DNA of 64,000 nucleotides from the NCBI GenBank assembly GCA_964106915.2, contig OZ066920.1, one strand, 5' to 3'. Made by a program: the position numbers and the translations under genes. This DNA comes from Podarcis gaigeae (lineage: Eukaryota). Shown here piece after piece: positions 59,212 through 64,000 of the stretch; within the stretch, counting starts at the first letter, position 1, and every line of letters starts with the position of its first letter. The notes under the pieces are model-generated. The model had not been told where the DNA came from and searched no databases. It saw only the letters and a program-made list of their open reading frames with translations.

Positions 59212-60701
59212 TTCACTTAATCTCCAGTCTTAAATCAATGGTGTATTTTTAAGAACTACTTAATATTTCAGCCACATAAAACCATCTCTGCCATAAATGT
59301 TTACTTTTCATTCCCCCCGACTCTAACGATACTGATGAAGGAATACTTTTGGAATATGAGTTGATGTCCCTCCATTTCCTCCTCCTCCTCCTCCTCCTCA
59401 AGCCTCCAGGAGATTCTAGAACCATCTGTACTGGGTGCACGTTATAGATTTTTAAAGAGCTGAGATGCGCTCTGGTAAAGGTGTTATTGCCCATAGGCAG
59501 AACCATTCCCTGGTGAAAAGTGAAAACCCTTTTTTAAAAGCTGGCATTTTTCAGTAAGCTTTTTTTAATTTTATGGTTAATTTTATCTTTTGTCTTTCTT
59601 TTGTGACATCACTGTACACTACTTAGAAATGGCAGTGTTATGTGGTATAGTTGCCCTGGGCCTCCACCTGTGTAGTTGCAGTAGATGTAAATGTCATGGG
59701 CATCTATTAAATAGTGCCTATGAAGGTAACTTTATCTTCCAAGCACAATAGATGCCAATTTCCAAAACCAAAGAACCATAGTTTTTCTCTCTTGTTGAGA
59801 TTCATTTTCAAATTATTGGGACTCATCAAGACCATTACAGAATGCACATACAAATTTATCACCTGCGTAGCCTCACCTGCTTCCAGTGATGGAGAGAAGT
59901 AAAGTTGAGTGTCCTTAGCATACTAATGACACCTTCCTCTGAACCCTCAGATGATCTTGCTCAGCAATTTTACACAGATGTTAAAGAGCACGAGGGATAA
60001 GATGGAATCTTGCAGGACCTCACAGCTAAAGTGTTTCTCACAGCAATTGTAACGCATGAAACTTCACTTAGTTGTTTATCAGGCAAGGAAATAGAGGTTG
60101 GAACTTGAGTGCAAATACTGGCAGATTGGGGTGAATAACATATGAGAGCATGGAGACTCTTAAAATGAAGTGGATCATTAAAAACACCTCTGGAGGTGAC
60201 CACTTGAATTTAAGTAGGACTGTACCTTTTAATTCAGACACTTTCCTTGAAGAGGGTCAAGCAAGTGTTAAACCAGAGAGTTAACAGACATTTGAAATGC
60301 AGAGGGAAATGGAAGCTGACCAAAGTTAGGGCCATTGCCCCACTGAACTGTAAAAGGAATGCTAACGATGACAGATTTTTGCTGGAAAGACCTTAAGTGA
60401 TGGAAGTTTAATTTCCGTTGTCAGTAGAAAAGCTTTTGGAAAGACAACCAGCAGTGTGCCATTTTTGTCACAACCTGAAATGTCAATGGAAAAAGTTTTA
60501 GAACAGATTGGTAGAATAAACAGCAAGAACACATGAGAGCCAAATGTTCATCTAGCTTTTTGTTTTATTGACTTCAATTATTCTGCAACATAGATCTGAG
60601 AATTTTAAAGTCATTCCCATGTCAGATTGCTGAAACTCTAGAATGTGTCCTGAATGCCATGCTCAGCTACAAAAGGGTGTATATTTTGAGACTTGAAAGT
60701 A

Positions 60702-60943
60702 CAGTGGTACCTCAGGTTAAGTACTTAATTCGTTCCGGAGGTCCGTACTTAACCTGAAACTGTTCTTAACCTGAAGCACCACTTTAGCTAATGGGGCCTC
60801 CTGCTGCTGCCGCGCCGCCAGAGCACAATTTCTGTTCTCATCCTGAAGCAAAGTTCTTAACCTGAAGCACTATTTCTAGGTTAGCGGAGTCTGTAACCTG
60901 AAGCGTATGTAACCTGAAGCGTATGTAACCTGAGGTACCACTG
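60702..60943. mobile_element. Tc1/mariner (Tigger-like) MITE
   Basis: TA|CAGTGGTACCTCAGGTTA ... TAACCTGAGGTACCACTG|TA, perfect 18-bp TIR with TA TSD; internal taacctgaa repeats. Confidence 0.93.
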
Positions 60944-60949
60944 TATATA

Positions 60950-61465
60950 CAAAGTAAAAGACAAACAATAACACAAAAACAGTAAAGTGCCTTCAGTAGT
61001 GTGGTCAACATGGGTGGGTCACACTAAAGGGAAAGCCTGCATGAGTAAGAAAGTTTTTAACAAGTGTCTAAAGCATAGCACCATAGATGCTTGCCACATG
61101 TCCAAAGGGAAGGAATTCCATAAAATAGGTGCAATAGTGTTAAAACTTCTGCTCTGGGTGGCCATGAGGTAGATCTCAGTGACATATGGCACAGTCAGAA
61201 GAGCATCTCCAAAAGACTACAGTGAGTAAGGGGTACAGGTGGAATAAGGCAGTTTGGTTGTTTATAGCTTTATATCCTATCAGTTTTACCTTCAGCCTGG
61301 GCGAGTACCATAATGGGAGCCTGTGCAGTTCTTTCAACAAGGGACATAGGCTGACACTAAGATTCAGTCGGTAGTCTGGCTGCTGCACTGTGCCCTAGCT
61401 GCAGCTTCTGGACCAGTCTCAAGGGTAGCCTCACACACGGTACATTACAGTAACCAGTCTTTGGG
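60950..61465 (-). mobile_element. Old L2 LINE ORF2 3' fragment
   Basis: Minus-strand ..PLLKELHRLPL....KVKLIGYKAIN.. resembles L2 TP.LKELHWLP..FKVLV..YKALN; upstream LPLRLVQKLQL motif. Confidence 0.75.
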
Positions 61466-61919
61466 ATTGCCAGTGCCCAGATTGCTGGAATACCTGTGAA
61501 TTTTATTTACCAGAATGCGTTGACTGTGCTATTTGCTCAAACTGTTACTGATATGATTATAGTTTTACTGATATAATTATATTGATTGTAATGTTAATTT
61601 TTAATGCTGCTGCTAGTTGCTTTCAGAGTATTCCTGTTGGAAATGTAGAATACAAATACAAATTAAAATAAAACAAGATCAGATTGGAAAAGGAAGCATT
61701 TCCTACCAAAGATCAGTTTGTATGTCTGTTATAATAATGACAGAATACGCAATACTAAGAAAAATTTCAAAAATATCTAAATTAGAGATCCCAAAGGCAT
61801 AGTATGTGAGAGGTCTGCACTGCAATCCAAGAAAAATTCATATTTTTCAATACTTCCAATGAAAGGGGGGTGGGAAGGAATGTTCCATAAAGATAAACTG
61901 TTTATCTCTCAATAACTGA

Positions 61920-61921
<2 letters not shown>

Positions 61922-61965
<44 letters not shown>
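61922..61965 (+). repeat. (TAA)n microsatellite, probably the L2 tail split by a MITE
   Basis: Seen directly. Confidence 0.93.
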
Positions 61966-61966
<1 letters not shown>

Positions 61967-62188
61967 AGTGGTACCTCTGGTTACGTACTTAATTTGTTCC
62001 GGAGGTCCATTCTTAACCTGAAACTGTTCTTAACCTGAAGCACCACTTTACCTAATGGGGCCTCCTGCTGCCGCCACGCTGCTGCCTGATTTCTGTTCTC
62101 ATCCTGAAGCAAAGTTCTTAACCCGAGGTACTATTTCTGGGTTAGGGGAGTCCGTAACCTGAAGTGTATGTAACCCAAGGTACCACTG
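61966..62188. mobile_element. Tc1/mariner (Tigger-like) MITE, same family as 60702
   Basis: TA|CAGTGGTACCT ... AGGTACCACTG|TA; interior aligns with 60702-60943. Confidence 0.92.
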
Positions 62189-62190
62189 TA

Positions 62191-62483
62191 TTTATTTATT
62201 CATTCATTCATTCATTCATTCATTCCCCTCCCATCTGGCTGGGTTGCCCCAGCCACCCTGGGCGGCTTACAACAAAATATTAAAATACAATAGTCTGTTA
62301 AACATTAAAAGCTTCCCTAAACAGGGCTGCCTTCAGATGTCTTCTAAAAGTCTTTTTCTCTTTGACATCTGGTGGGAGGGCGTTCCACAGGGTGGGTGCA
62401 ACTACCGAGAAGGCCTGCTACCTGGTTCCCTGTAACTTGGCTTCTCGCAGCAAGGGAACCGCCAGAAGGCCCTCGGCGCTGGA
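62191..62483 (-). mobile_element. L2 LINE 3' end, same family as 7208-7598
   Basis: Reverse complement of the 7208 copy (acagggctgccttcagatgtcttct, tttgacatctggtggga, cctggttccctgtaacttggcttct); (TTCA)n/(TTTA)n tail. Confidence 0.9.
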
Positions 62484-63065
62484 ATTGGTATTGAATGCAG
62501 AAACACAAAGTTGTAGGAGTGTGAGGTTGTTTAAGAACATGGTCACTTTGTCCATCTTATACATGCATGCTTAATCAAAATAAAGGACTATAGCAGATTG
62601 AATTGATGACACATTACATAGTGAGCATTCTTGTAGGCGTTATGACCTTCCTCCAGCTTCCAAACAGCAGCAGTAAATGGCTAATGTTTATCAAAGTTGT
62701 AGAAGAACACCTGTAATTCATAAAACATACTTTATAAGACCATCAGTGACTGTAGATGGATTTTATGTAAAATAAACTTTCCTGGAAATTTTGGTGTTCA
62801 GACCACAATTCTGCACATATGTTAGCATAATAAAATTTTTGAATGGGAAGGTACTTCAGTGGTAATGTAGTCTGACCATCACCACCCTGCTCCATGTAGG
62901 AAATCCTAGACAGATAACTCTCCAGTCTTTGCATCAATTTATCCAGCGAAGAGAGAGAGAGAGCCATCTACTACCCAGGGCAGTCTGTTCTATGGTCAAC
63001 AAGCAAATGTTCTGCTAACGTTGAGCCAAAATCTGCTTCCTTGAAATTTTCACCTATCACACATA

Positions 63066-63426
63066 AAGGTAAAGGTAAAGGTACCCCTGCCCGTACGGGC
63101 CAGTCTTGACAGACTCTGGGGTTGTGCGCCCATCTCACTTAAGAGGCCAGGGGCCAGCGCTGTCCGGAGACACTTCCGGGTCACGTGGCCAGCGTGACAT
63201 CGCTGCTCTGGCGAGCCAGAGCTGCACACGGTAACGCCGTTTACCTTCCCGCTGGTAAGCGGTCCCTATTTATCTACTTGCACCCGGAGGTGCTTTCGAA
63301 CTGCTAGGTTGGCAGGCGCTGGGACCGAGCAGCGGGAGCGCACCCCGCCACAGGGATTCGAACCGCCGACCTTTCGATCGGCAAATCCTAGGCGCTGAGG
63401 CTTTAACCCACAGCGCCACCTGCGTC
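63066..63426 (-). mobile_element. Sauria SINE, young subfamily
   Basis: ~96% identical to 46112-46473 by eye; 9-bp TSD TCACACATA at 63057-65 and 63425-33. Confidence 0.95.
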
Positions 63427-63544
63427 ACACATAGTGTTTATCATAAACTGCATATATTTGTGTCTATTTTAAAATAATGAACTTCCAGCTTGGCTAAGAT
63501 TAAAAGAGTTAGGAGTTTGGACATTAGCCCCACCCCCCACCCCA

Positions 63545-63580
63545 AATGAATGAATGAATGAATGAATGAATGAATGAATG
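63545..63580 (+). repeat. (AATG)n microsatellite
   Basis: Seen directly. Confidence 0.93.
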
Positions 63581-64000
63581 AGATCCTTCTGCCATATCAC
63601 AAACTGCTTTTGAAAGACCCCCCTTTTTTTCTTTTCTTCAAAAGGGGTTTGTGTGTGACTTTGGATGAACTGCTGTTTGAAAAACAGAATCACAAAGCTT
63701 CTTTAGACAAGTGTAACTAGTTATGTGGTTCTTTGGATCTTGGCCAAATTGCATCCTCTCATTTTAGTTCATTGGGTTGAATAACATTCATTATGTAGAT
63801 TCATTATCCTTCTGTATGTAACAATAGCATATCTAAATGGTCCACTTATGATTTTTGCAACTTGTTCAGATATGAACATTCTAGCTTGCTTGAATTGGTA
63901 TCTGGGATCATGTTCCCAGAATTGTCTTCGAACAAATTGCACAGGTAACACACTAGGAAAAATGTTTTCATTTGTGTGGGTTCTTTGTAATCATTCCAAA

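Noticed and set aside
1-64000. CRISPR arrays, operons or other prokaryotic systems; a host gene symbol
   Set aside because: The sequence is eukaryotic intronic DNA; repeats are microsatellites and TEs without a repeat-spacer structure; no coding exon is available to identify the gene

Overview
Vertebrate genomic DNA, almost certainly a lizard and probably a lacertid, judged from Sauria SINEs, Bov-B, lizard-type L2/CR1 LINEs, a tRNA-Lys/CR1-tail SINE and many hAT/mariner MITEs. The window opens in a CpG-island promoter (~150-1050). A strong + strand splice donor (AAG|GTGAGT, 549/550) there suggests a non-coding first exon of a gene I cannot name. The remaining ~63 kb looks like its long 5' intronic region, with candidate non-coding exons at 7830-8100/8106 and 19003-19200. 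No host protein-coding exon could be supported; the only ORF-track entries with recognisable protein content are retrotransposon remnants. The most notable structure is a complete minimal type I hammerhead ribozyme (1749-1788) in a ~124-bp Penelope-like insert with an 11-bp TSD, sense to the putative pre-mRNA and ~1.2 kb into intron 1. Also seen: a perfect 56-bp-arm MITE hairpin, a probable internally deleted LINE, two ~96% identical young Sauria SINEs, nested insertions, and TSD evidence for two hAT subfamilies. TE family names come from recall of consensus motifs, not from database searches.
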